From positions 15,176 through 79,175 of the forward strand of contig CAZBPY010000003.1 in NCBI GenBank assembly GCA_964493895.1: a stretch of 64,000 bases of DNA, read 5' to 3'. Shown here piece after piece: positions 50,519 through 60,601 of the stretch (positions within the stretch are counted from its first letter, which is position 1; the number at the start of each line of letters is the position of its first letter). The position numbers and the translations under genes were made by a program. This DNA is from an uncultured Candidatus Saccharibacteria bacterium. GTDB lineage: Bacteria; Patescibacteriota; Saccharimonadia; Saccharimonadales; JAGQNJ01. The notes under the pieces are model-generated. The model made no database searches. It was given only the letters and a program-made list of their open reading frames with translations, and was not told the DNA's origin.

Positions 50519-52483
50519 CTATTGGAGTACAGCTTTTATGCGGCGTATACCGGCAGAGGATGATTCTTCTTTGACAATCTTGAATTTCTTACCGTCTTCG
50601 GTCAATTGAGCAGTGTGCTCAACATGCGGACCGCCGCAGATTTCGAAACTGTAGGGCCGCTCATCGGGCGGTGACTTCGGATCTTTCATCGAATAAACTT
50701 TGACAGTGTCGCCATAGCGGTCGCCAAACTGTCCCAAAGCTCCTAGTTTGCCGGTGGCCTCTTCGGTAGGATATTCTTTCCAGGTAATTTTCAGATCCTT
50801 AGCAATCTCACGATTGACGATGTCTTCGACTTGTTTGATCTCTTCTGGCGTAACTTTTTGAGGATGCGAGAAATCGAACCGTAAGCGTTCCTCGGTGATA
50901 TTCGAGCCATGCTGAATCACATGATCCCCTAGGACATCGCGCAGAGCCTGATACATCAAGTGCGTCGCCGTGTGGTACTTCCTGTGTTGCATGGTCTGAC
51001 CGCCCAAACCACCTTTGAATGTACCCTTTGCCGCCGTTTGTGACCTCTGACGCTGTTCTTCCATCTTGGTATCAAACTGTTTTTTCCAATTCTTTGATAC
51101 CGGTATGTCTCGTTTAAAGGCTTCCTCTAGACTAAGCTCTACAGGAAAACCATGCGTATCATATAGTTTAAAAATTAGTTCTCCATTAATCTCTTTTTTC
51201 TTAACGGAGGCAAGAATTTTATTTCCATTTTCATCTGTAATACTATCTCCATCGTGATCCGTCAGAGGTTCGTTCTTCAAAAACTCTTTCAAACCTTTGC
51301 GCAGCGTCTGACGGAAAACTTTTTCTTCTTTGGTCAAGACTTCTATGACCTTGGTTTCATTCTTAGCAACTTCCGGAAAATCTTCCTTGTAGAGATCGAC
51401 TATCACTGGCACAACTTCCTGGAGGAAGTTCTGCTCGACACCAAGATCAAAAGCAAAACGAATAGCTCGGCGCAACAAACGGCGCATCACATAGCCTTGC
51501 TCTTTGTTAGAAGGAGTGACCCCGTCGACCGCCAGCCAAGTGGCACCCTTGAGATGATCAGCAATAACCCGCATAGCATTGGTGTTGGAATCGTAGGTTT
51601 TGCCACTTAATTTCTCTAGTTTCTCAATTATGGGCCAAAACAGGCTAATTCGGAAAACGTCCGGATTATCCAAAACGGCGGCAGCGATACGTTCCAGGCC
51701 AGAACCTTGGTCGATGTTCGGAGCTTCCAACTCCACAAAACCATCTTCGGTTTTCTTATAGCCCATGAAGACGTTGTTGCCGATTTCGAAAAACCGCGGT
51801 GAATCGCTGGCCGGATGTGGTTTACCCCATTTCGTTTCATCGTGATACTGCTCGCCAAAATCAAAGAACATCTCAGAATCCGGCCCGCACGGATCACCCA
51901 CCAAGGTTCCTTCCTCATCACCGTTACGGCTCCACCAGTTTTCCTGGCCGTCATAGAGGAAGATGCGCCCTCCTTGCATGCCCAGTTCGGCTCCCTTTTC
52001 AGCAGGACCAACTTCAACGACTTTGGCGTCAATGCCGCGCTTTTTAAACTCAGCTTGCCACAAAGAAATGGCTTCATCGTCCCTAGGGATGCCGTATTTT
52101 TCGTTGCCGATATAGCACGAAACATAGACTCGATTCGGGTCCAGGCCAACTTCGTCGAACAAAAACTCGGCCATCCAAGGAATTTGCTCTTTCTTGAAAT
52201 AATCCCCCAAACTCCAGTTGCCCAGCATCTCAAATGTCGTGGTGTGCGATTCGTCGCCAACTTCCTCAATATCCTGGGCTCGCAAACACACCTGACTATC
52301 TGTTAACCGTTTACCTTTGGGATGAGTCTCGCCCAGCAGATACGGTATCATCGGCTGCATACCCGACCCAGTAAACAGCGTCGTTGGATCGTTTTGCGGC
52401 ACTAAAAGAGCCCGCGGAATAATCTTATGCCCGCGCTCCTCAAAAAATTTCAAGTATGCCTGGCGAATTTCCTGAGCTGTCAT
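50519..52483 (-). CDS. alaS: Alanine--tRNA ligase, 654 aa, lacking the C-Ala domain
   Basis: TLFTGSGM, FEMLGNWS, CGPDSE, LYDTHGFP, HTATH, CGGPH, GIRRIKA at the C-terminus. Confidence 0.96.
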   Translation of the reverse strand: MTAQEIRQAYLKFFEERGHKIIPRALLVPQNDPTTLFTGSGMQPMIPYLLGETHPKGKRLTDSQVCLRAQDIEEVGDESHTTTFEMLGNWSLGDYFKKEQIPWMAEFLFDEVGLDPNRVYVSCYIGNEKYGIPRDDEAISLWQAEFKKRGIDAKVVEVGPAEKGAELGMQGGRIFLYDGQENWWSRNGDEEGTLVGDPCGPDSEMFFDFGEQYHDETKWGKPHPASDSPRFFEIGNNVFMGYKKTEDGFVELEAPNIDQGSGLERIAAAVLDNPDVFRISLFWPIIEKLEKLSGKTYDSNTNAMRVIADHLKGATWLAVDGVTPSNKEQGYVMRRLLRRAIRFAFDLGVEQNFLQEVVPVIVDLYKEDFPEVAKNETKVIEVLTKEEKVFRQTLRKGLKEFLKNEPLTDHDGDSITDENGNKILASVKKKEINGELIFKLYDTHGFPVELSLEEAFKRDIPVSKNWKKQFDTKMEEQRQRSQTAAKGTFKGGLGGQTMQHRKYHTATHLMYQALRDVLGDHVIQHGSNITEERLRFDFSHPQKVTPEEIKQVEDIVNREIAKDLKITWKEYPTEEATGKLGALGQFGDRYGDTVKVYSMKDPKSPPDERPYSFEICGGPHVEHTAQLTEDGKKFKIVKEESSSAGIRRIKAVLQ

Positions 52484-52503
52484 CTGCTCTATTATAACAG
52501 AGG

Positions 52504-52755
52504 TTAGTCTTTGGTCGAGCAGAGCAGTAGAATGCCCGATACTGGGTTCACAAATATCAGCGTGCAAACGCCGAAGGCGACGGTGTTATTCTTGGTTCCT
52601 TTGTAAATACCCCAAGAAATGACGGTCATTGGAATCATCCAGGCCAACGGAATAAGTAGCCAACCGAACGCTACAGTTGAAATAATGTTAAAAATAAAGG
52701 CAATCAAGCGTAGCGTCTCATCGGTGCTGCTAACATTTGTTTTTGCTTTTGCCAT
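52504..52755 (-). CDS. Small membrane protein
   Basis: Hydrophobic 83-aa ORF with SD GGGAG. Confidence 0.7.
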   Translation of the reverse strand: MAKAKTNVSSTDETLRLIAFIFNIISTVAFGWLLIPLAWMIPMTVISWGIYKGTKNNTVAFGVCTLIFVNPVSGILLLCSTKD

Positions 52756-52795
52756 ATCTATCTCCCTGTTAATAATTTATTAAATCATACCTTAT

Positions 52796-53854
52796 TCACC
52801 TCTGTTGAGCAATAATCCCGCCACCCAAGACTTTGTCGCCGTCGTAGATAACGGCCGACTGTCCAGGGGTGGCAGCCCGGATTTCATCTGACAACGCTAC
52901 CTGTAGCGTACCTTTCTTCGATGACGCTATATCTAGCGTCCCGCCTACCAGAGGTGCTCTATGTCTAGTGCGAACTTGAACCTTAGCCCCATCCCTAGGA
53001 GTATCATTAATCCAGTGGACATCCTCCAGAGAAAGTTGTTTATACCACAATCTTTTATCACCTAAATCCGTTGTGACGTAAACTTCGTTTTTGTCCATAT
53101 CCTTCCCGGCGACGTAATATGGTAAGCCGCCGCCGACTCCCAAGCCCTGCCGCTGGCCAATGGTGTAGAAAATCGCTCCGTCGTGCTGGCCTACCTCGGC
53201 ACCATTCTCGTCAATGATGCGGCCGGGCTTGGTCTTAACGTACTGGCTGAGAAATTCTTTGATGCCGACTTTGCCGACAAAGCAAATGCCCATACTTTCC
53301 TTTTTGCCAGCTGTAACTAGGCCAAATTCTTTTGCCAGTTTTCGAACCTCTGGCTTGGTTAGATCACCCAACGGTAACCGGGTTCGCTGCAGAGCCTCTT
53401 CAGTTACCCTGTACAAAAAATAAGTCTGGTCTTTGTTGTCGTCTTTAGCCTTAAGCAGCTGGCCATCTTCAGCTCGAGCATAGTGTCCGGTGGCAATCAG
53501 ATCGGCTCCTTCTTCCAGGCAAGTTTCCAAAAACAGCTTGAACTTGACCTCTTGATTGCACATGATGTCCGGGTTCGGCGTTCGGCCCGCCCGGTATTCA
53601 GCAATCATGTAGTCAACGACTTTTTGCTTGTACTGCTTTTCAAAATCAAATACCTTAAAATCAATACCCAATTGCACCGCCACCCGCTTAGCGTCCTCAA
53701 AATCCTCTTTCCAGGGGCAAACAAAGCCAGGCAGGCTCTTAGTCCAGTTCTTCATATAAACGCCAACGACGTTATAACCCTGCTGTTTGAGCAGAGCTGC
53801 AGCCACCGACGAATCCACGCCGCCGGACATACCAACGTAAACTGTCTTAGCCAT
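52796..53854 (-). CDS. mnmA: tRNA 2-thiouridine(34) synthase
   Basis: SGGVDS, TPNPDIMCN, ATGHY, KDQTYFL, GICF, PGQ. Confidence 0.98.
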   Translation of the reverse strand: MAKTVYVGMSGGVDSSVAAALLKQQGYNVVGVYMKNWTKSLPGFVCPWKEDFEDAKRVAVQLGIDFKVFDFEKQYKQKVVDYMIAEYRAGRTPNPDIMCNQEVKFKLFLETCLEEGADLIATGHYARAEDGQLLKAKDDNKDQTYFLYRVTEEALQRTRLPLGDLTKPEVRKLAKEFGLVTAGKKESMGICFVGKVGIKEFLSQYVKTKPGRIIDENGAEVGQHDGAIFYTIGQRQGLGVGGGLPYYVAGKDMDKNEVYVTTDLGDKRLWYKQLSLEDVHWINDTPRDGAKVQVRTRHRAPLVGGTLDIASSKKGTLQVALSDEIRAATPGQSAVIYDGDKVLGGGIIAQQR

Positions 53855-54998
53855 TCAAAATCTCCTTGAGCGCAGTAACGGTTTTCTTAATTTCGCTGTT
53901 AGTTGTGCTTCGGCCGAGCGTGAAGCGCAGGGTTGAGCGAGCAGCTTCATCAGATAGGCCGATGGCTCGCAGAACGTGCGACGACTCCTCTTTGCTGGCG
54001 CTGCAGGCTGAACCGACGGCGCAAATGATTCCGGCTTCGTCGAGTTGCATCATCAGCCGTTCGTTGTCTTGTCCGGGAAAAGTCACGTTGACATTATTGG
54101 GCAAACGCTTTTTAAGCGAACCGTTGATGATAACCTCGGACAGTTCAGCCTGCAGCGCCCTGATAAACTCATCGCGTAACTGGGTGAGGCGGCGGCTTTC
54201 ATCGGCGCGCATCTTCTGAGCTATCTCTAAGGCTTTGGCCATGCCGGCGGCGGCGGCCACATTTTCGGTGCCCGACCTTAGCCCGCGCTCTTGGCCGCCG
54301 CCGCGCACTTGCGGCACCAGTTTTACCCCTGTTCGGACGTATAAAACACCCGACTGCTTAGGTCCGTAAATCTTGCCAGCGTTCAGAGTCATTAGATCCA
54401 CACCTAGACTGGCAACATGCAAGTCCAAATAGTTGGCGGCCTGACAAGCGTCGGTGTGGAAATATAAGGGTAATTCGTTACCAGCGACACGTCGCTGTTG
54501 GCGAATTTTTTGCAACAATGTCGCAATTTCTTTCAGGGGCTGAATAGCACCGATTTCATTATTGGCATACATAACACTGACCAGCACGGTATTATTGTCG
54601 ATTTTATCTTCTAAGCTCTTTAGATCAATTAGACCTTCTTTGGTCACAGCCGCTTCATGGCGGCCGAATTGACCAGCTGGTTCGCGAACTGATTCGTGCT
54701 CGATAGCACTAATCACTAGGTTGGCATTTGGGAATTGCTCCAAGACACCGGTAATCGCTAGGTTGTTGGCCTCGGTACCGCCAGCCGTAAAAATCACTTC
54801 AGACGGCTTGGCGCCCAACCAATGGGCCACCGACTCGCGGGCGGCCGACAGGTCGGCTGCCACGGCTTTGGCCGCTAAATAATTAGCTGACGGATTGAAA
54901 AACTTTTCAGAAAAATAAGGCTCCATAGCCTTTAGAACCGCCGAATCTACAGGGGTAGCAGCAGCATAATCCAAATAAATTGGTGTCGAGGCACTCAT
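53847..54998 (-). CDS. iscS: Cysteine desulfurase
   Basis: YLDYAAATP, HTDACQA, KIYGPK, RSGTEN, GSACS; coupled to mnmA. Confidence 0.95.
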   Translation of the reverse strand: MSASTPIYLDYAAATPVDSAVLKAMEPYFSEKFFNPSANYLAAKAVAADLSAARESVAHWLGAKPSEVIFTAGGTEANNLAITGVLEQFPNANLVISAIEHESVREPAGQFGRHEAAVTKEGLIDLKSLEDKIDNNTVLVSVMYANNEIGAIQPLKEIATLLQKIRQQRRVAGNELPLYFHTDACQAANYLDLHVASLGVDLMTLNAGKIYGPKQSGVLYVRTGVKLVPQVRGGGQERGLRSGTENVAAAAGMAKALEIAQKMRADESRRLTQLRDEFIRALQAELSEVIINGSLKKRLPNNVNVTFPGQDNERLMMQLDEAGIICAVGSACSASKEESSHVLRAIGLSDEAARSTLRFTLGRSTTNSEIKKTVTALKEILNG

Positions 54999-55022
54999 AT
55001 CTATAGCCTAACGCTTTAGGGC

Positions 55023-55400
55023 TTAGGAAACAAAGTTATAAACTTCTTTGCGAACCCGGTCCTGGTACAGAGTCGCAGCATCGTACAGACGGCGAACTTC
55101 ATCTCGTGAAGCCCGTTTATAGGCTCCGCCATTTTGTGACTTCAAAACACCAGCCGGTTGGACGTTATAGCGAGTCGAAACAATCCGATGTCGGCCATTT
55201 TGGTCAGTCCATTCTTCGTGCCAGACCCAAGTATGTTCATCCAGACAGAAAAACTCGCGTTTGCGGCCCTTGGGAATTGGACCAAAAACCTGGCCGCCGA
55301 CTCGAGCTTCGCGGCGAATCAAACTCTGGCGCAAAGCCTGCAGGCGACCCTGTTGCCGGCCCGAATTAGACGGCATCAATAAATCAAGCAGCTTGGCCAT
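55023..55400 (-). CDS. Hypothetical protein
   Basis: FGPIPKGRKREFFCLDEHTWVWHEEW looks like a conserved domain; no function recognised. Confidence 0.7.
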   Translation of the reverse strand: MAKLLDLLMPSNSGRQQGRLQALRQSLIRREARVGGQVFGPIPKGRKREFFCLDEHTWVWHEEWTDQNGRHRIVSTRYNVQPAGVLKSQNGGAYKRASRDEVRRLYDAATLYQDRVRKEVYNFVS

Positions 55401-55776
55401 AATTTTCCTCGATTTCTTCAAAGGCAGCTTCTATTTTTTGTCGAGCTGTCTTCTCATTAATCTCTTCATCAGCCGGCCCGTTGTTTTCAGCCTGGTCGGT
55501 CTGTTCGGCCTGATTGGGCACTGCATAAGTCTCAGGCTGAGTTGCTACTACTCCAACTACCGAGCTGGCTTGCTCCAGTTTGGCGGCATCGGCCCGGGCG
55601 ACTTCTTCTTCTTTAACCAAAGCTTGATAAGCATTGCCCACCCCATAGCTTATTTGGTCCAGACGAGCCTGAAGAAACTGGGCAACTTCTGGGCTAAGAC
55701 CCATCGACGCCTGTGATGTTTCTTTGTCGCTGCCGCGCAGAAATTCTCCGATACCTTCTATAACTTCTTGTAACAT
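55384..55776 (-). CDS. Hypothetical protein
   Basis: Starts immediately after the tatD stop; helical and acidic. Confidence 0.6.
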   Translation of the reverse strand: MLQEVIEGIGEFLRGSDKETSQASMGLSPEVAQFLQARLDQISYGVGNAYQALVKEEEVARADAAKLEQASSVVGVVATQPETYAVPNQAEQTDQAENNGPADEEINEKTARQKIEAAFEEIEENYGQAA

Positions 55777-56550
55777 TTAAGCCTTAATTCTGAATAATTT
55801 CTCTGCGTTGTGAGTAGTTGCTTTGGCAATTTCTTCTAGAGATTCACCTCGTAAACTGCTCAGAAACTCCGCCGTCACACGAACGTGCTTAGGCTGACAG
55901 ATTGTACCACGAAAAGGAACAGGAGTCAAGAAAGGAGCGTCAGTTTCTAACAGTAGTTTTGACAACGGCACTTTTTTAGCCATTTCCAGCTGTTTCTCCT
56001 CTTTAGTAAAGGTCATAATGCCATTTAAGCCAATATAAAGCTCTCTACGCAATATTTTATTCATTTCCGCAATAGTGCCGGTGAAACTATGCACCACGCC
56101 CCTAACCCCCTCAAAATCGTCCAAAATGGCAAAAAAATCATCGAAGGCTTCTCGTACGTGGAAAACTAGGGGCAAACCGTGTTCCTGGGCCAATGTCAAC
56201 TGAAACCTCAATAGCTTCTTCTGATCCTTCTTTGGAGAGTGATTGTAATAATAATCCAAACCTGTTTCGCCAACGGCTACCACTTTGGGCTTGGTGGCCA
56301 AATCACTAAATTGCTGCAAAGCCTTTTCGTCCCCGACATAGACCGAACCTTCGTGTGGATGGAGGCCAATAGTTGCCCAAACATTGTCATGTCGGGCGGC
56401 CATCTCAATTGCTGATTTTGAGTCAGGCAAGCTACAGCCGACACACAACACTTTAGTTACCTCGTCATCAGCGGCGGCCTTTAGGACTTCATCCGGATCA
56501 AGCTCATAATCCGGAAACTGAATATGTGCGTGGGTATCAACCAACTTCAT
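55777..56550 (-). CDS. tatD: TatD family hydrolase/DNase
   Basis: DTHAH, GLHPH, GETGLDY, HVREA, HSF, ETDAP. Confidence 0.97.
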   Translation of the reverse strand: MKLVDTHAHIQFPDYELDPDEVLKAAADDEVTKVLCVGCSLPDSKSAIEMAARHDNVWATIGLHPHEGSVYVGDEKALQQFSDLATKPKVVAVGETGLDYYYNHSPKKDQKKLLRFQLTLAQEHGLPLVFHVREAFDDFFAILDDFEGVRGVVHSFTGTIAEMNKILRRELYIGLNGIMTFTKEEKQLEMAKKVPLSKLLLETDAPFLTPVPFRGTICQPKHVRVTAEFLSSLRGESLEEIAKATTHNAEKLFRIKA

Positions 56551-56616
56551 AATGATATTCTACCACTGTTAGTTTGAGCTTGCCTGAGTCACTGAATCTA
56601 TCCGGCGGCGCTAGCC

Positions 56617-56654
56617 TCCCCGGATCGGTCCCCGGATCGGTCCCCGGACCGGTC
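56617..56654. repeat. Tandem repeat, 3 x 12 bp (TCCCCGGAYCGG)
   Basis: Copies at 56617, 56629 and 56641, in the metG-tatD spacer. Confidence 0.9.
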
Positions 56655-56661
56655 GAATCGC

Positions 56662-56683
56662 AATATATCTTTAAAGATATATC
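56662..56683. repeat. 22-bp palindrome, copy 3 (AATATATCTTTAAAGATATATC)
   Basis: Abuts the metG stop codon. Confidence 0.8.
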
Positions 56684-58148
56684 AGGTTTTAGCAGGCTTG
56701 GATGTGCTGGTAGCATCAATATCTGTTCGCGGGAACAGAGTGGTCTTCGGCGCCCGAATCACGCCTTCTTCAAAGATGTGCCGGATGCGAACAGCGGTCT
56801 CTGGCAAAAACGGCTCGAGCATCTCGGCAATTTGCAGTAAACTAGCCACTTGATAGCTCAACACCTCTTGCAGGTGGCCCTCGGTGTCGTCTTTGGCGAT
56901 TTCCCAAGGTTTTTGCTCTTCAATATACTGGTTCAGACCCCTGATACGGTTCCAAATTATCTCTAGAGCCCGGTCAAACTTACAATCAAGAATAGCTTCT
57001 TCAAACTGACCGACATCATGGCCGACATCCGGCAAAGTACCGATCAGGCCGTTTTGATAGCTCTGGATCATAGCCAGCGTTCGCTGGACGGTATTGCCCA
57101 ACTCATTGGCTAGATCGGTGTTATACACCTCGTCCAGCTTTTGCCACATAAAGTTACCATCTTCGTAACTGGGGATATAGCGCAGGAAATAATAGCGAAA
57201 AGTGTCAACACCATATTTATCAACAACGTCCTTAGGATGAATTACGTTGCCAAGCGACTTGCTCATCTTCTTTCCCTCAACATTTATGAAGCCATGGACA
57301 TAAAGAGTTTTTGGTAAGGGTAGGCCCAGCGCCAATAACATTCCCGGCCAAATCGCGGCGTGAAACCGGATGATATCCTTGCCAATAACTTGAATATCGG
57401 CCGGCCAAAACTTCTTGAAGTCAGCGTGTTCGGGATAGCCAAGCACGGTGATGTAATTCATCAAGGCCTCAAACCAAACGTACATTACCTGATTGGCGTC
57501 ACCCGGCACTGGGATTCCCCAGCTGATTTTGTCTTTCGGCCGGGAAATGCTGATGTCCTCCAGGCCTTCGTTGATAATAGCTAAAATCTCATGTTTGCGG
57601 GTGCTGGGGATAATTCGAAAACTACCTTCTTCGATGGCCTTTTTAATCTGCGGAGCGAAAGCTGACAAGCGAAAGAAATAATTTTCTTCTTCGATTTTTT
57701 CGTACGGCCGGTTGTGGTTCGGGCAAACACCGCCGTTAGCCTTGACAATTTGCTCGGTGAAAAAAGCCTCGTCACCAGTGCAGTACCACCCCTCATATTT
57801 GCCTTTGTAAATGTGCTTGGCCAGGTTCTTCCAGACAATCTGAGCTCGTTGTTCGTGCCCCTGATCCGTAGTCCGGATAAATCGGTCGTTAGAAATGTTG
57901 AGCAGCTTGGTCAGATTCTGGAAACTCTGGCTGATGCTGTCAGCATAATCTTTGGGGGTCAGTTTAGCCTCGGCGGCTTTCTCGGCGATTTTACCCCCAT
58001 GCTCGTCAGTACCAGTACTGAACAAGGTGGTCTTACCGCGCTGGCGAGCAAACCGAGCCAAAACATCAGCGTAAACCAATTCCATGCCAAAGCCAACATG
58101 CGGCTCATCATTAATATATGGAATTGCGGTCGTCACATAATAGTTCAT
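56682..58148 (-). CDS. metG: Methionine--tRNA ligase (short form)
   Basis: TTAIPYIN..HVG, GTDEHG, YVWFEAL, KMSKS. Confidence 0.97.
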   Translation of the reverse strand: MNYYVTTAIPYINDEPHVGFGMELVYADVLARFARQRGKTTLFSTGTDEHGGKIAEKAAEAKLTPKDYADSISQSFQNLTKLLNISNDRFIRTTDQGHEQRAQIVWKNLAKHIYKGKYEGWYCTGDEAFFTEQIVKANGGVCPNHNRPYEKIEEENYFFRLSAFAPQIKKAIEEGSFRIIPSTRKHEILAIINEGLEDISISRPKDKISWGIPVPGDANQVMYVWFEALMNYITVLGYPEHADFKKFWPADIQVIGKDIIRFHAAIWPGMLLALGLPLPKTLYVHGFINVEGKKMSKSLGNVIHPKDVVDKYGVDTFRYYFLRYIPSYEDGNFMWQKLDEVYNTDLANELGNTVQRTLAMIQSYQNGLIGTLPDVGHDVGQFEEAILDCKFDRALEIIWNRIRGLNQYIEEQKPWEIAKDDTEGHLQEVLSYQVASLLQIAEMLEPFLPETAVRIRHIFEEGVIRAPKTTLFPRTDIDATSTSKPAKT

Positions 58149-58249
58149 CTCTGGTAGTATAACGAACTTCTAAGGCCAATCAAAAAGTATGCCCTGATAC
58201 CATCCGCCAGTCCTTGCTTGTTGAAGTAAAGGGGAATATAGTTGTTAAT

Positions 58250-58672
58250 ATGAATTGGGGTAAGTTTCAAGGGGAACACTCCCGTAATGCGGGGGGAGCA
58301 ATTGCAGATACAGACTTTGATGTGGTGTCCATCGGGAGAGCTATGTTGGATCATAACAATGGCTGTGGTGTCCAGGAGGGGCTGGCCTGTGCTGACTGTT
58401 GGAAATCAGCTAAAATAGTTACTGCATCACTAAGAGAAAGAGGTTATCTTGGCGACAGCCCCGGCCCATTCAGTAAAATTAGATGGCAGGTGCAATCAGA
58501 TATGAGTGGACCGTGGCACTTTGATTTAGAGGAAGATCACCCCTATGTTGTGACCTCCGTAGAAGCACTGGGGCAATTTGAAAATGCCTGGTCAGAAGAG
58601 CCAGTAGAGTTCAGTAAAGTTGCAGTGTCAGCTTTAATTCGAGCTCAACGTCTAGAAAGAATTACTCCGTAG
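58250..58672 (+). CDS. Hypothetical protein with a His/Cys cluster
   Basis: HNNGC..CADC; TATAGT 7 nt before ATG 58250; divergent from metG. Confidence 0.5.
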   Translation: MNWGKFQGEHSRNAGGAIADTDFDVVSIGRAMLDHNNGCGVQEGLACADCWKSAKIVTASLRERGYLGDSPGPFSKIRWQVQSDMSGPWHFDLEEDHPYVVTSVEALGQFENAWSEEPVEFSKVAVSALIRAQRLERITP

Positions 58673-59930
58673 GGTCGATGTAGTCCTTGCACAGCCGTTC
58701 AAAAATAGCATTGGTCCAACCAAAACCAGTTTGCGAAGGATAAAGCCCTTTTTGCGGTGGCTTGTCGGGGTTGACGACGTTGTATTTTTCCAGGAAAATT
58801 CCGTGTTTGTTAAACCAATCCAGATTGATGCGCAGCCATTTCATGGCGATGCGGCGGGCATCTTTGTGATAGCCATATCTTTCCAGGCCCTGAATAACGA
58901 TCCATTCCAAGGGCGCCCAACCATTAGGATGCGCCCACTGGGTTGGCAAACTGCCCGGCACCAAGTGACTGACTGGCTGATTGTCGGTGGTGCTGAGCCC
59001 GCCGCGGTTCTCGAACCGGCCCAAAGCGCCAATCAGTTTCCGAGCCCGGGCGTCATCGACCATGCCGGCCCACAGCGGGAAGAATCCAGCCAGTGAACTG
59101 ATGTTACCGCGGCGCTCTTTAACAAAATTGTAATCATAGTAAAAGCCTTTGGCATTACTCCACATCAGCTCGTCCATCATCTGTTTTCGGGTATGAGCCC
59201 GGTTCAGCCAAACGCCGGCCTCGTTGTCTCGGCCTAAAATTTTGGCGGCTCGGGCAAAGTCCGATTCGTACCGATATAACAGGGAGTTCAAATCGACAGG
59301 TAAATAATTCAGTGCTCGGCGGTTAAAACGCGGCGTCATATCCCAACCGCTCTCGGCTTCAGCCAGGTCGTTAAGCATGTTGATGTCGTAATAGCGGCTC
59401 AGGCCCATATAAACCGCTCGCCAGTTTGGCTTGGCCGTTCCCAGCCAAACAGTCGAATACTCATCATGAGCCACAGCGATGTGCTCTTCCAGCCATTTTC
59501 GATCCTTCTTATAGGTGTCATAAACCTGGAAAATGAAAGTCGTCAGAAACGGCGGCTGGGAGCGCCCCATCAGATAAGTTCGCGAAGCGTTGGGAATAAT
59601 CCGAAACCGCTTTTGCATGCTGATCAAATTTTCTAAAATGCCTTCGACTAGTTGTTGGTGCTCGGCGTCCAACAATCCTTGGACCATAAAAAAGCTGTCC
59701 CAATAATACATTTCGTTGAAATCAAACGGGTGACCCTCTTCATAAGCTGGCACCAAATAGGCGTAGGGCAGGCCAATCAAAGTCTCGTCATCTTTTGGAT
59801 GATAGCGCTCTAACTTCTTCCAATAGGCAGCGATGTACTCTCGAGCCTTGGCCACATCCTGCGGCTGCAGGTCCCGGGTGCGTCCGGCCGGCAGAACTGA
59901 TTTTGCAACGTCTTTTATCTTGCCAAGCAT
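58662..59930 (-). CDS. Trehalase (GH37)
   Basis: EMYYWDS, RSQPP, AESGWD, PVDLN, QW..PNGWAP, EKY, GFGWTN. Confidence 0.94.
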   Translation of the reverse strand: MLGKIKDVAKSVLPAGRTRDLQPQDVAKAREYIAAYWKKLERYHPKDDETLIGLPYAYLVPAYEEGHPFDFNEMYYWDSFFMVQGLLDAEHQQLVEGILENLISMQKRFRIIPNASRTYLMGRSQPPFLTTFIFQVYDTYKKDRKWLEEHIAVAHDEYSTVWLGTAKPNWRAVYMGLSRYYDINMLNDLAEAESGWDMTPRFNRRALNYLPVDLNSLLYRYESDFARAAKILGRDNEAGVWLNRAHTRKQMMDELMWSNAKGFYYDYNFVKERRGNISSLAGFFPLWAGMVDDARARKLIGALGRFENRGGLSTTDNQPVSHLVPGSLPTQWAHPNGWAPLEWIVIQGLERYGYHKDARRIAMKWLRINLDWFNKHGIFLEKYNVVNPDKPPQKGLYPSQTGFGWTNAIFERLCKDYIDPTE

Positions 59931-59975
59931 AAGCCTTAGTGTATGCTGGCCCACCTCGGTGGTCAAATAATTCGC

Positions 59976-60458
59976 CTAGCAATCGAAACTGAAATCGCTG
60001 TAGTCGGGCTGCCTGGCCAGTTCTTGGCAATCACTTTGGTGTTGTTGTTGACTCGCTTCTATTGCTTCGGCCTCTGCAGCAACCGCTCGCCATTCGTCAC
60101 GCTGGTCATAATAGGCGACCATCACAGATATGCCGGTCAAGTTTAACCGCAACTGGTCACCGTAGTAACAAAATATCTCTCCTGGTTTGTCGGGTGTATC
60201 ATCACTCCAAGCTAGACTGCCCTGCTCAGCGTCCTCTACCCCTGATTGACCTGACTGAGCATATTCGAGCAACTCGCCGACGGTCAGCCAATTATGCTCG
60301 GCGGCTCGCCGGGTTGTTATGCGTCCATCTACTATGGGGTGATGTGTAAATCCGCAAGCCTCAATTTCTTCACCGTTTCCAGTTGAACAAGCTGTAGCAC
60401 CAGCTAGTAGTGCCGCTGTCAAGGCTAAAGCTTTTGGTGCCAGTCGTCTTTCTGACAT
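59976..60458 (-). CDS. Putative lipoprotein
   Basis: Signal peptide with lipobox-like ATAC; SD AAGGAG. Confidence 0.65.
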   Translation of the reverse strand: MSERRLAPKALALTAALLAGATACSTGNGEEIEACGFTHHPIVDGRITTRRAAEHNWLTVGELLEYAQSGQSGVEDAEQGSLAWSDDTPDKPGEIFCYYGDQLRLNLTGISVMVAYYDQRDEWRAVAAEAEAIEASQQQHQSDCQELARQPDYSDFSFDC

Positions 60459-60526
60459 ATGTCTCCTTTACTGGCCATATTACGCCAGCAATGACTCAAA
60501 GACAAGCACAAGCCTTTTTACGATAT

Positions 60527-60548
60527 AATATATCTTAAAAGATATATT
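60527..60548. repeat. 22-bp palindrome, copy 4 (AATATATCTTAAAAGATATATT), followed by two 13-bp repeats
   Basis: TGATCTGGGACTA and TGGTCTGGGACTG at 60551-60576. Confidence 0.8.
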
Positions 60549-60601
60549 TATGATCTGGGACTATGGTCTGGGACTGACGACCAGCCAGACCGGCCAATGA
60601 T

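Noticed and set aside
56617-56654. CRISPR-like array
   Set aside because: Units are 12 bp and contiguous, with no spacers and no cas genes.
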